A stretch of DNA of 55,588 bases, the filler included, from Platydemus manokwari (taxonomy: Eukaryota): assembly GCA_037951405.1 (NCBI GenBank). It is 5 parts of 5 records of this genome, joined end to end, with 100 filler letters (N's around TTAATTAATTAA, not from the genome) between each part and the next. Parts side by side here need not be neighbours in the genome. Positions count along the whole stretch, not along the records: positions 12,141 to 21,022 come from JBBMOY011335095.1; positions 21,123 to 30,107 come from JBBMOY011319427.1; 3 more parts are not named here. One strand, written 5' to 3'. Below the pieces are notes generated by a model. That model searched no databases. It saw only the letters and a list, made by a program, of their open reading frames with translations, and was not told the origin of the DNA. Shown here one piece after another: positions 12,141 to 25,800 of this stretch. The first letter of the stretch is position 1; each line of letters begins with the position of its first letter. The translations under genes and the position numbers were made by a program.

Positions 12141-15100
12141 AACAATAACAAACACATTTTTTTTCTAAAATTGATCAAATATTAAAAATAGATTTAAAAA
12201 ATATAAGAAAAGAACACTAAAAATAGCAACAAAGAATTATTAATGACAATAATAGATTAAAAAATGCAAAATTTGAAAAAGCATCAAACAAAGAAAGAAG
12301 AAAATAATATATATACATCTAAAATTGGAAGTTGCGGGCCCAATATTTATAATATGCTTAAAATTATATTTGAAAAGCAGCGTCATTACAACATTTCAAT
12401 TATTGTACTATATCGATTATTATGAAAAAAGTCACAGAAATTTTCAACAAGACTGCATATAATTGGCTTAAACAAGTACCTACTCAATCGTGCGAGAATT
12501 ATTCTAAGAAGAAATTCTATTAGAAAGAAAATCAATGAATTACAAATAATAAACGAAACGAAATAATTGGAAATAAAGTACTTTACAATGCCCTCTACAT
12601 TCGCTTATCTTGATTTTGATTAATTCAAGTATTTTTTAGTCTAAATGACTTTTCCAATTGATATTATCTTAATGGATTTATATGTTTTACCTTAAATTTA
12701 AATGAATTGCACCCAACCATTCTATTAACTGCATTTCAACAAACTAAGTAAACTTTTCTAAATCAGGAGATTGCTGGCAAATATAGATCTAATCTTTATT
12801 AAGTTACTCAGCAAAAAAGGCTTTGCCCCGAAAGGTGAGGAGACTCTATAGATCCCTATATAACACACATAAGCCCTAGTTATTATTTTATTTATTTAGT
12901 TTCTATTTCAATGTTAACGCTATTTGTCATAAACATAATTGCATATTATTTAAAAATATTCATATTGTCTCATTAGAGTCAAGTCTCTTTTATATATATA
13001 TATATATAAAACTTTTTAGCAATGTATAAATGTACCCATTTGTTAATGCATCAATGTGTTTTGGTTATTTATGAATGATCGTTCTGTCAATGAATTGGCT
13101 TATAAAGTTCATTGAATAAATATACTGATTTTACAAAATAATTCTATTTCACTCATGAATTTCTTTTCGAAACCTTGGCAAAATAAGATATGGGTGAATA
13201 ATTAGTGGAGAACTTTAATTTTTGGATAAAATGATAATTTAATTAATTTAATTAAAATAACTAAAATTTCATTGAAAATATTTTTAATAAAAATTATTTA
13301 TCTTTTCGTTAACATAAATTCCAATAAGTTCTTAGAATTAAAAAGCATAAAAGAATAAAAATAATAATTTAATAGAAAAATAATAATAATAACTCTGCAA
13401 TAATATAGGAGAATTTATGTAACGAAATAATAATATCAAATATCTGAAGATTAAAATAGTTTCAATGAATAAATTTAAGAATAAGGCAGAGTAAAAGCTC
13501 GATAGCCCATGTTGAACTAAAGGTACAAATTGAAGGTTAGATCAGTTGAACATTGCCCCTATTACTATTTGTAAAACGCTACCTAGGAAGACGTATTTCG
13601 ACATTTGCCATGATTTTCGGGGCTAAGTAAGCGTTTAATTCCTGTAAAAACAGATGGGTATTATATATCGCCTATCATTTTATTATTGAGCTTTACCTCA
13701 AAAACATCTTCAGGTATTTGGTTTTGGTTCAACAGAGTGGAATTTAGCAACCTTAATCTTCTTCCAAGAATTTGTTAAGGTTTCTTAATAGGTCTAGTTG
13801 TATCCTGTATCATTAAAATCAGTGTTTATGGTAATTTTTATATTTTTAGTAATTATTATTTGTGTTAATCTATAAACCTCGGTGTAGTAAAGTGTTGTTC
13901 ATTGATCGTTAAAGTAATATAAATTTGTTTAAAAATAATTATTGCTGTCAAAGAATTTAGGAAAATTGAATTGAGAATAATAATAGGAATCATAGGATCG
14001 TTGTTGCCACACATATTGTCTCCATACAAAATTATGGTGAGGGGTGAAAATATTAAATTATAAAGTAAACTATTGTATCTGTGACATTGAAAAGATACTC
14101 ACAAAGACTGATTAATACTAAAATTATCCTCAATAAGATTGTACAATAGTAAGAAATAATAAAACCATATACGGCCCAAAGACAACACAATTATATCTAT
14201 TGCTTATCGGTTCTTCACTGGCACCTGCATTTTTTTATTACCACTATATTAACTATATTTTCATTTCCTTCATTTATCCATAATCTTCCATTTAAAAATG
14301 ACTAGAAATGAATAATCATTCTAATTCTAACCGTGGGAAACTCAATTCAGTTCACATTGAAAATGAAGTCATCAAATATTATTTAACGAAATATTCCGAA
14401 ATTAACTCGTATTTTTAAATTTCCAGACAAATTTATCAATTATTAATCACAACTTGTATTGTTTTTCGCAGCTGCTGTAAATGCTAGATTTTAATTGAAT
14501 TATCTGTTAACTTGATTATTTTATTGAAATAAATTAGTAAATGGAATTGAAGTGTTGGATTTCATGAAGATCACTTCGGTATTACAAGTACTTTTAATTA
14601 GCGAGACAATTACAAAATATTAATCACAATTACGATAGCAGAGCATCGTATTTTTACTTTTTAATGTACAAAGAATCATATAAGTATGACCCGAGCACGA
14701 ACAACCAATTAAAAGCTTTAAATTTTTATTTAATATAAATATTGATAATAATTGAGTAGAGACGAAATCCTTTTAATGATGATTATCATTTATTATATAT
14801 ATATATATATATATTCATCAATAGAGATAATAGTTAATGAATTCAGTTAAATAATTGATAGGTTAGCACATTACCCTATTAAATGTTATGTTCACACCTT
14901 ATCTGGTTATTATTATTAATCTTATAAAGACCAAACGTGTAATACCACCTCGCACAAAAATATTGCATGAATATGTAAAGCAACACCGATATACCTTTAA
15001 TTATCAGTCTCAGTTTATGCACATAATCTTAATTCCTAATTTCGCTGACACCGATCATAACAAACCATGTTTTATCATCTCTAATTAATCAATAATCGAG

Positions 15101-15930
15101 ACTCATTATTACAATTTTTTACTAAATGAAAAATAAAATAAAAATTACAAGCTGATTTTAATGCTACAATATAGACTAAACCTTATCACAAACCTAAACA
15201 ATTCCTGGAATGAAGATAACGGTTAATAAACTTCACACTACTGGAGCAAAAGACGGTTGAGGCAAAGCCCGATATTATGAGATAAAATGATGAATGATAT
15301 GAATCAATATTTTGTATCTTACTGTATTTTACTGCCTATATAAGGCAGCAGTCACAAATAACACCGCCATTATCTTCATTGCCATAATTCTCGCTGACAA
15401 AATTTCACTGCTACCACTATACGAAGACACGTTATTTTGCAAGACAATCTATTGTACAATAGAAAATCGCAAGTACAGAAGAACAATATTCCATATATGC
15501 CCAGTATTTTACTGGATGTCCCCTGAGTAAGACCTATTCGTGTAAAATACTAATCTATATTATATATCTTATCGTTTTATTTCCTATTATAGAGTTTGTT
15601 GTTCAAAGATCTTCAAGGTATTGGTTCTGCTTCATGACTAGGAGTTTGTCAACCGTCTCTTTTTCCAGGAGTTGCTAAGGTCCGTTATACGTATAAATTT
15701 ATGTATAATGTAATTTTGAAATCCATTTGTAATTTTTATGTTATTATTGTTAACCAGTTTTGTATCGATGTAAATTGTGAATAAATATTTATAATAGTAA
15801 TTTTTTAGTTCTTAATCATATAAGGATCATAAATCATTATTTGTAATGACTGTTATAAACATAATTAATAGTTTAAGTAGGTTTAAATAACTTGAGACTG
15901 ATAATTAAGTTAATTAAAATATATCGCTAT

Positions 15931-16107
15931 TGTCACACCTATTGTCTTTACACAATAAGGCTGTGGCGAGGTGAAGGAACATCAACATAAGGTAGATTAT
16001 ACCTGTGGCCTTAATCAAAAGCTCATAGAGACTTATTAAGACAGTAGTGGTATCAAATAGAATTAAGCTTAATAAAACAATAAAATCAATAAGGTCTGAA
16101 CGTGACA
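15931..16107. mobile_element. Putative short solo LTR
   Basis: Bounded by TGTCAC...GTGACA inverted termini (Gypsy-like TG..CA); no matching TSD found. Confidence 0.4.
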
Positions 16108-19100
16108 TTTCGATTATTAAATATTTATGTTTGATAATTGGTGATTATTCTAATAAGTTTAATAAATATCAAAAAATATATTTCATAAATATTATTTTAA
16201 TAAATTGACTTCATCAATGCTGTAAAGGAATCGTCAAACTATAAAAAATAAATATAGATAAAATTCAAGAAAAAAGATTATAATAAAAATTGATACACTC
16301 TACAAACTGTACATGATATGTATCATCAAGCAGAATAATAAAATTGATACACGATGTCATAAAAATGGTGCATAGCATCATACGAAAGTTGATTCGATTT
16401 AGTAATTTATTTTCAAAATACCAACACAAAAACTGTTGAATATACGCACAGTCACATTATACATAAATATTCCATGGTTATAAATAATTATAAAATAAAA
16501 GAAAATCACATTGTGGTCCACAGTAATTATAATAAAGTTTAATGAAAATAAATTTTTCACTATTATTAATAGACGAGGCGTGAGAAATAGTAAGTGTAGT
16601 CATAACAATTCAAATTTAAAATTTTAATCACTACGGCAACGTGAGAAATTACCATAGGAAAATATTACATAATTGATTAATCCCACAAATGCCCGTAAGC
16701 AAAATTACCAAATAAACTAACTCATTCTCGTCAGTAAAAGCGCACAATAATTTCACAGCCAAATTGTATTCATTACGCAAATACGGACGCATATTCGATC
16801 AATCACGACAGATTTCAATTCGGAATTATCATTTGTGACCTCATAACTTAAATTCTCAAGTCACATTTTCGGAATGTTAAATATCTCCAGTAAGGGATTT
16901 ATTCAAATCATTTCAATTTCGTACTGAAGCATGGTAACTATTATCTTTACCATTATAAACTTATTTGCATCAATCTCTCACAAGAGAATCGTTGTGAAAC
17001 ATTAATTTTATCAACTCACAAAATCTTATCCAATGTCGTGAGATCATAAAATGAAAGTCTGCTTTAGTTTTATATCGAAGTAGAACGCCAAATAATTCTC
17101 TCAGTCATTTTTTCATTCTTGAGGTCACTATACTGCTTTCTTTTAATTTTAAGCATTACACAATTGCTATTATATTTGATAAATCTATTATATTGTTCAT
17201 CGTTCTTTATTTAAATAGTAATATCTAATTATCTAATAGCAGTTAGATATTTTGGTGGAAGCACCGATTATCTGCCTCAAACTGCTCATACATTATTAAC
17301 GGTTTGAATAATCGGGAATACGTTGTTGATTTGAATCCCATCAATATTGCAGCAAAAACAACTAAAATCCCCTTAGAAAAACGTACAGTTAGACATAAGC
17401 TGATTGAAGCTTTGATACTTTGAAGCTTTGATTTTTTGTTGTTTTCTTCATTTGTTCATGAGGACTTTCAATAATGTAGTATGATAACGAAACTATCGGA
17501 AATTCACTGAAATTGAAAGATATTTTTAAGGTTAGGTTTCATTATAGCTATGATATTGATTTCACTGTAACCGGTAATCGAACTCATTTGTGCAGTGTTT
17601 AAAAATAAGTTTGATTCTGCTAACATTTATTAGAAAAAACTTATTTGGTAATAGGTTTGTTAACAAATTATTACGCAAGTGCTTGTATAAATTTACACAC
17701 GATTAGGTTGTAAGTTTCGTCTGAATTTCAAAAGCCTTCCTGACGAGTAAATTTATTTTTTCTTTCCTGGTTAAGTTCAAACGAGTGACTATTTCTCTTG
17801 CTTGAGCATCTCCTGGAATACGGAGCATGATGAAGCTCATCATCCGTGTTTGAATACTCATAAAAGTTATATATACTGTGAGAAGATAAGAAACTATCGA
17901 GAAAATTGACCAACTGCAAAACCATGATAGATAATATTTACAACTCATGAATTCTAGAGAGATAAAACGCGAATGATTGGGTTAATTTGCATAATCTTCA
18001 GTTTCTCAAAATATTTCATACTTTCACGTGAGGGATTTGATTAGCTTTCATTTTGGAATTATTTAATTTATTTAGGAATTCATGGATAATTGAATCTCAT
18101 AATAATTCAGAATCAACTTATTTTGAAAGCTAACATATAAGCTTTATGTAATTTTATATTTATTAAAACTATGAAAACACAGAAGGTGCGCGACACTAGA
18201 ATTCTAAAAAATTTGTAACATGATAAATGAATCAACTTAGGAAAATTTAACTATCGCTATGGGAACTGTATTTCTTATGGAAGTATTTAGTGTAAAATTG
18301 ATATCTGCAACAATAATTTCAATAAGGGCGTTACATGCAAGCAGGTGTTGATATTATAATGGGAACACATAGGCAGTTCTGTTAGTATAAACCACCAATG
18401 ACATACAACGGACATTTTTACAATTAATTTAACTTTATTATCAATATCATCCAAGTAAAAATTATAACAAATTTATCGACCATTTTCAATAATCAAATTT
18501 ATTGAGTTTAAGATCTAAAAAACCAATAATTACAAATAATATTTTTAACGAATAGATATGAATTTAATTTAAAAATTCAAGAATAAAATTATATGTATTT
18601 AAATGCGTCAATACCAATACAACACAGAGAGAGATATAACAAACACCAAAACTGCCGGATTCCACAAAGTGGTTTACGGGATGAATTTCAAAGATCTGAC
18701 TTTTTGTTTTGTTTCGAGAAATATTCCTTTTTCTTTACTGGATCAGGGATAATCTAAATAGCAATAATCCAATGAAAGTTTTTCTATAAATTTTATTATC
18801 AAATTTAATTAAAAATAAAATCTATTTTCACAACCAAAATTATATTGAACTAAAATATAAGTTTTTAAAATATTTTTTGTCATTTTATTATTATAAGTTA
18901 AAAAATGTTTATAATTAAATATAGGAATTTTAATAGATTTTGATTACATGTTTTAGATATGCAGCTGTTGCATAAATAGTTTAATAAGATTATTAAAACG
19001 AGTGATAAACAGGTTGGTAAAATCAGACCATGATTAATAATAAAAAATAAATTTATTTCAAATACGATTTTCAAAATATTTTGTCAACACATAATAATTG

Positions 19101-20255
19101 GTTGTGTAAAAACGTGATATTTTTGCATGAATCATTTTTGTTCAACTCCAATATAATTGATAAACCACTCGAACATATTTTTTTATAAGCATGTCGCTAC
19201 ATATTGCATAAATTTAGTCCTAGACTAGCCAGTATGCCACGCATTGAATTATTTCTTTAATAGTAGTTAACAAGATTAATGTTTCATTTAAATAATCAAT
19301 ATTTTCTTTTGAAAATCAAATATTCTATCATACTTCCTGTAATATTGTTTAGTTATATCTTTTGCAACTCATTATTCTTCTGCAAATATTCTAAAATTGT
19401 CAATTATTAAAACACAAACAACTATATTGATTATATCATGATAAGTGTTAATCGAACACAATAAAAACATCTGTCAATAGTTCCAGATCATTATTGATAG
19501 ACTTATTCACTTATTCCGTGTTAATATCGAACAATATTCAACCAATGTTTCAAGGACCATCAACATTGAAATCAAATGAAATAATGTCAATCATAAAACA
19601 TTAATCAAGTTTCTCTACTGTCTCCATATAGAAATATATATATAAAACAAATGCCATTTCATTCTAAATCGTCACAAATCAAAAAGAATTTTAACAAGCA
19701 CGGATTATTTAACTTTTGAATTTGTAAATTTATCCACACCAATATCAGATGATTAAAAATTTTAGAAGAATGATATGAAAATATTCAGTAATCAAGGAGA
19801 AAATATCGAGCTGTCATGGGTAAGATATCATTTCTATTATGTAATTGATTAAAATAAATAGACTCATATTTAGTTAACAATCCAATTTTCAGACTAAAAT
19901 GTTAATGATAAGTATGTATTCGAAACAGCTGATAAGATACAACAATTTCAATTAATCAATTAATTAATTAAAAAAAAGGAACGTTATTCAATGCACGTCA
20001 TATATATTTGGCACGTATTATGTAATCAATTGATTTCGAAAATCATATTTACATTTATTAATGATGATTATTCAACCAAAAATCCAATATTATTTAATGA
20101 GAAATGTCATCCTTGATAAGGTAAGTTATTAATTACATAATGCAATACACAACACCAATCCACGTTTCAGATGAATCTCATTGGATGTCACACGAAGAAT
20201 AAATTAGAAAATGTCAACAAATTGTTAGCCATATCTATATTTAATATAGAAATTG

Positions 20256-20310
20256 GAATACATTATTGACCATATTACAGGAATACATTATTGACCATAT
20301 TACAGGAATA
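20256..20310 (+). repeat. 25-bp tandem duplication GGAATACATTATTGACCATATTACA x2
   Basis: Directly visible perfect duplication. Confidence 0.85.
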
Positions 20311-20725
20311 TATTTTCAACCATAATGCACAATCAATGAAAATGATTTTATTCGATGGTCAAAATTAAGCATTACAAATCGTCTTTACAATCATCTAATA
20401 GTCATCCTCATTTAGCTATTTATTATAATTTCAATTAATTAATTTTATTTAATTAATTCTCATTTTAATTATTTGCTTTTCATCAATTATTCATGAATTG
20501 TAATTCCCATTATTGATTTTTATCTAAAAACTCCATTATGGAATACGATATTATAGACATAATTTATAAGCATTTTGGATTTAGATGGCAGAAATGAAAT
20601 ACTGGCAATTTTAGATTAATTTCAATGAAAATATTAAATTATTAATATGAAAAATCGACTCACCAGGTAATAAATAATTATCAATGTGGGATTTATACCT
20701 TATTAATGGCTTATATATATATATA

Positions 20726-20948
20726 CAGAGTGGCACAAAAGTAGGTTTACAGTTATTAAAGTGTGTGTGTGTGCCAGAATGTCCAGGAAATTTGAAAAAT
20801 GTTGCAATGTCGAAGGAGGATATTTTGAGAATCTGAAAGATTAAACAGTTTATGCTAACAGGTATAACGAATTTCCCGCTGTTGTAGTGTCGAACTTTTA
20901 AATAAATAATCTACGTGATTACTGCAAAACTACTTTTGGGCCACCCTG
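20726..20948 (+). mobile_element. Internally deleted Tc1/mariner-superfamily element (MITE, 223 bp)
   Basis: ~28-bp imperfect TIRs CAGAGTGGCACAAAAGTAGGTTTACAGT / ACTGCAAAACTACTTTTGGGCCACCCTG, flanked by (TA)n. Internal remnant RKFEKCCNVEGGYFENLKD* resembles a transposase C-terminus (R..CI...GGHFE.L). Confidence 0.85.
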
Positions 20949-21022
20949 TATATATATATCATCAAAACTCAACCCACCAGATAAGAAATAAGTATAAATG
21001 TGGGATTTTTTATAAATGTAAT

Positions 21023-21122
21023 NNNNNNNNNNNNNNNNNNNNNNNNNNNNNNNNNNNNNNNNNNNNTTAATTAATTAANNNNNNNNNNNNNNNNNNNNNN
21101 NNNNNNNNNNNNNNNNNNNNNN
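21023..21122. other. Assembly linker
   Basis: Same 100-nt N/TTAATTAATTAA spacer. Confidence 0.97.
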
Positions 21123-21819
21123 ATGTGCTACTGCTTGTTGTCAATGTAATCGATAAATAATTCTGGTCGCGATGTATTCTTGTGATTCTGCTTTGTGCTA
21201 CAATTCATAGAAACAGATATTCACTGCACATCGGCGGCCGCCGCCTATTGCAGAGATGCTGCAAGAGGCTGCGAGAAACTGAAAGAAGTGGTATTTGTCT
21301 TTGACTCACTCTTGTGCCACCACAACTCTTATTATTATTATATTATCATTATTATAATGATGATAATAATTATTATTTCTATTATTTGAGATCTGTGTTA
21401 CATCTCATCGGCTTTTAATTCTGTCGACAAACATTGATAACTTTATTGACGAATGCTCAAACGGTCATCTGTGTACTCTCTGTGGACTGTTAAGATGAGA
21501 TGATGCTGATGCCGATGATGACTATTTGTTTCTGTCGCTCTGTGTTATTCTTGTTATTTTATCACTACATCATATCAGTTGTATTTATTATTAAAAAATA
21601 ATCAAAATTCTATGAAAGCCACAATTACTCCTTTTTACCTTTACCGCCTTTCTTTCCATTTCTCTTTTTCTTACCATAAGTTCCAAGGCCTTTTCATTCA
21701 TTTTTAAAAAATAAATATTTTCAATCTTAAATACTATACATTGATGAAGTCAGTCCTATATATTAAATGAATGTTATGTTCTGGGTGATTTGATTTTTGC
21801 TGGTCCTAAGGGGCTTCAA

Positions 21820-21886
21820 TAATAAATATTTTAAAAAATGTTTTTGTTTTTTTAAAAAAAAGCCGGAATCATACTAATACACCTAA
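21820..21886 (+). mobile_element. Orphan mariner-like right end
   Basis: AATAAATA...AAAAAAAAGCCGGAATCATACTAATACACCTAA|TA. The terminal ATACACCTAA|TA is shared with the contig-end mariner TIRs; no partner TIR seen. Confidence 0.55.
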
Positions 21887-22421
21887 TATATTTTATAATA
21901 GCACTAATTTCACAAGGATTTCAATATAATAATTACTATTTTCTAGTCAAGCATCAATTATCATACAAATTATAAGCAGATTAAATGTTATCATATTAAT
22001 ATGAGATTACTTAGCTTCAATCCTCACAGTTAACGCATCAAGACTTTCAATCTTACTATGTAAGCATATATTTAATTTGAATATGTACATGTTACTGGTC
22101 ATTATTCCTTGAAGAAATATAAATACTAAAGCTATTTGAGAGGTAATCAGTTTGTGATCTAATTTCTAAATCATATGTGGTATTAATGATTTAATGGAAT
22201 CATAACCTATATATTTAATAAAAACGTAATTACCAATTCTATTTATATTTGCGATATGTGGCATATGATATTGTACCACGATTTCATAATCTAATTTTTA
22301 AGTTTGATAAAACCTAAAAAATTAAATATCTAGTGATAATTTTTTATTTTATGAAACCACTAACTCTAAATATTATAGACAAAATAAAAATATCCACTAA
22401 TTGAAGTTTTATCAACTATGT

Positions 22422-22526
22422 CAGAGGTGGCCAACTTTTGTGTACATAAGATCGATTTTTCATTTGAATAACATCTCAAGCGATCGACTAAAATTGGCTT
22501 CAAGATCGACCGGTTGGCCACCCCTG
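22422..22526. mobile_element. hAT (Buster/Charlie-type) MITE, 105 bp
   Basis: TIRs CAGAGGTGGCCAAC / GTTGGCCACCCCTG. Perfect 8-bp TSD AACTATGT (22414-22421, 22527-22534) with central TA. Internal GATCGA(C) motifs. Confidence 0.92.
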
Positions 22527-22889
22527 AACTATGTAAATCATCTGCATAACAGATAACTGTTTGAATTTTTTTCCCAACATTTCGTATATTTAATTAACTG
22601 AATTAAAGCTAGAAATGAAAGAAAATTTATTAAGATATCACATGAATTTGATATTAATAAAATTAAATATGTACTTATTTAAAAAATAAGATATTTGTAA
22701 ATAATTAAATGATGTATTATTAATGGATTATTATATTAATAATAATGGGTTTATATTTTATTATCCCACGTACTTTCAAATTGAAATCAAAGAAAGGTAA
22801 AACTTTAGAATGATAAAGACTAGTTTCATTATCAAATAATATTAATTTAATGTTTGTTTAAATATACATAAATTTTTTTCAGACTTGAG

Positions 22890-25800
22890 ATGTATAAAAT
22901 CTTTATTTAAAATTGAAATTATTTTATTGTATATTTAGGTCTTGTACCAGAAGTTTACAATTTTCAGTGAATCATTCGTTTGTATTAAATTTACCTAAAT
23001 ATAAAATATATGAAGTTAGTAATTACATTAATCTTTTTTAAATATATTATCGAGATTTTTTATTAAATTAATATATAATTAATATAATATAGACAGAGTT
23101 TATAAATTGTTTCAAAGAAATTAAGCCGCAATTGGAACACATATTAGAATATTTTAAAAAGTTAGTATGTATTAAGACTTAGTATTTTTATTGCTTTGTT
23201 AGATATAATGAAAGCAGCGTGGAAACTTTTAGAAAGTCTGATGTAAAAGATTACACTAAAACTTTTGTTATTAAAATATCTCAATATTTGGTAATTATAA
23301 ATTGTTGATTGGATGTATATTTCATTGAAATTAGAATTTATCAGCAGATGTTTGCTATGAATTATTTAAATCATATCTCTTAAATGACGGGAAACTTGAC
23401 GATACTGATTTACAAGTATTTGATTTCCATTATATCATTATTGATCTGAGCGTTTCGGATTTGGATATTTTTAGTCAATGCTTTGTCGAGGTTATAATAC
23501 GATATCAATGATGCAAAAAATCAAGAAATATTATTACGAAGAACGTTTGAGTTTGATACGATTAATCCGATACGCATTTTGTGATTGTAAAGACGATCTT
23601 CGAGTATTGTCAACAATTTTTTTAAACAACTTTGTTAAATCTTCGTCGAAAAAAGATCTTCTTCGCCAAGTAATGATTGGGTGAAACGATATTCGTTTAA
23701 TTGTTCATTAAAAGGTCGTCAAATCGTATAAAAATCTGATCGATGAAACCATGAAACGAGATCGAGCGAATTTTGATTATCGAGATGTAAGTTGTGAGAC
23801 AAAATGAAAGAATATGATGAAAGAATGATAAAACAAATAATAATCGATCTGTAGGATAATGCTGAAGATGAATGGACGATTCAATCTTTCGAGGAGCAAG
23901 CGGAATTGTTGGAGACGATTTTGATTGGTGCTTATTCCATGAAAGATTTGAAAGATGAGGAACTATTTCGGCAGGTTATCGACACGTTTAAGGTATGGCT
24001 TTACGGTATGTGTTTTGGGGTTTTTTCATTGTATGCGTTGCTAGGCAACCGGGTTCTGTAATGAGTTCAATGTCTCCAAAATGATTAGATCTAGCGCGCA
24101 ATTTAAGAGCATCAGCGAGAGAATCTGGTAAGCTGAACTGATTGGATGCTGTTAATGATTGTGTTTGTAGCATCATGCAAGCTCTGATTGTCATTGAATT
24201 GGCAGCAGTGAAATCAATGGTCGGGGCCAAGGAAAATCTGTCGAGGTGATATTTATTTGATTTGTGGCGGAAATAAATCATTTTACAGCCATTTCCTGGC
24301 CAATGGGAAGCTTTTAACGGAATTAAATGGTGCCATATTGAAGCTGGGATCGAAATCGTCACATGGCATCCTCATGTTATTCATGGCATTGCAACACAAT
24401 ATCTTCCCGATCCAGCCTCACAACTCACAAGATTCCACCAAATTAGCCCAAACGGCCATTGCCAAACTGAATGTATTTCGCTATATGGCCACCGTTTTAT
24501 CCAACAAGCCCTATCAGGTGAGATCTCGTCGATATCCGCATCAATTAACCGCTCACCTCTTCATAACGTGCAGGTATCAACAAGCGAAGGCTCCCACTTA
24601 GGATTCGTCGTGCATTGCGTGCTTTTCGATCTCGTATCGCTCTTATGCACCAATATCCATCTCAATTCGCTCGAGATCGTTGTTCGTCAAGATCTCGTCA
24701 AGGCAATCTGTATGATGTTGAGGGTGATTATTTCATCCAATCAAGTCGAGCCATTGAATAACGGGTTTATGAAGATGCTAGAGGATCTGTCGACCAGTAA
24801 TTGATGGCTATTTTCTAAGATTTTATTCGCTCTTTCTCGCCAGCTTTCCCGACCAATCTCGATATGTTGAATGTGCTCGCGTGTCTCGTCAATCAGAAAT
24901 CGATCGTAGGCGATAAACAACGCGATATTGTGAAGATTCTTGGAGATTTCGTGGACAATTTGTCGTGGTTCTGTGATGTGCGAAGCGTGGAACATGTGAA
25001 ATTAATCGATGATCACATCAGAGGTGGCGATTCATCATTATCAGTGAAGCATTGCCGATTGGTTCGCCCATATGAGCCCTATCACGGTGAGAGCAGAACG
25101 AGATTCGTGTTGGATCAGGAGAATGAGGGATATCTGGTGAATGACCACGCCATTTGGGCGGTAAAATACAGCGTTTGGGACGTGATTTTCGGCGAGATTG
25201 AGCTGTCGTGCATGCTGCTCGCTCAATTTCACAACGACCGCGAGATGTTCGCCAATCCAGTTGATTCGATTGGCACACCATTGCCATTCAATATCGGCCC
25301 AGCAAACGTCACAACGATTCAAGGTCAAATCGATCGGTTGGAGATCATTTTAGATTTCTTATTGGTCGCTCTGCAGGTAAATATGGCGATAACAGGACAC
25401 ATCGCTAATCGGTTTATTTATTGATTTGTATCGATTTATTCAGAACTCGCTCAAACAAGCTGTTGTGATCGATATTTTCCAGCATTTATGGCATCTCGTC
25501 GAGCAAGGAGCATTCTTTATCAATGGTTGCCAAGCAATCCTTGTCAAACTAATCGATATCGCCGGACGAATTCTCGTCACGTCGAAAGATGTTGGGCTCA
25601 TTTCGAGAATCGTGTCGGTGAGGAACTTGTTTCCAAACGCACAAGCATCGGTCGAGAGGTAATCAATTAAACCGCTTGTCGAGTTATTAATTGTTTTCTT
25701 GATTCAGAATCGTCACGGATCAATCGATAATCGATCAGTTGTGGAAATGCGATCTGGCTATCGCTCCAAACAGCAGCACCGTTGGCACAGCCAACATCGC

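Noticed and set aside
12818-12882. Hairpin followed by CTAGT (Helitron 3' end-like)
   Set aside because: The hairpin is weak and ~35 nt from CTAG; no 5' end or second copy.
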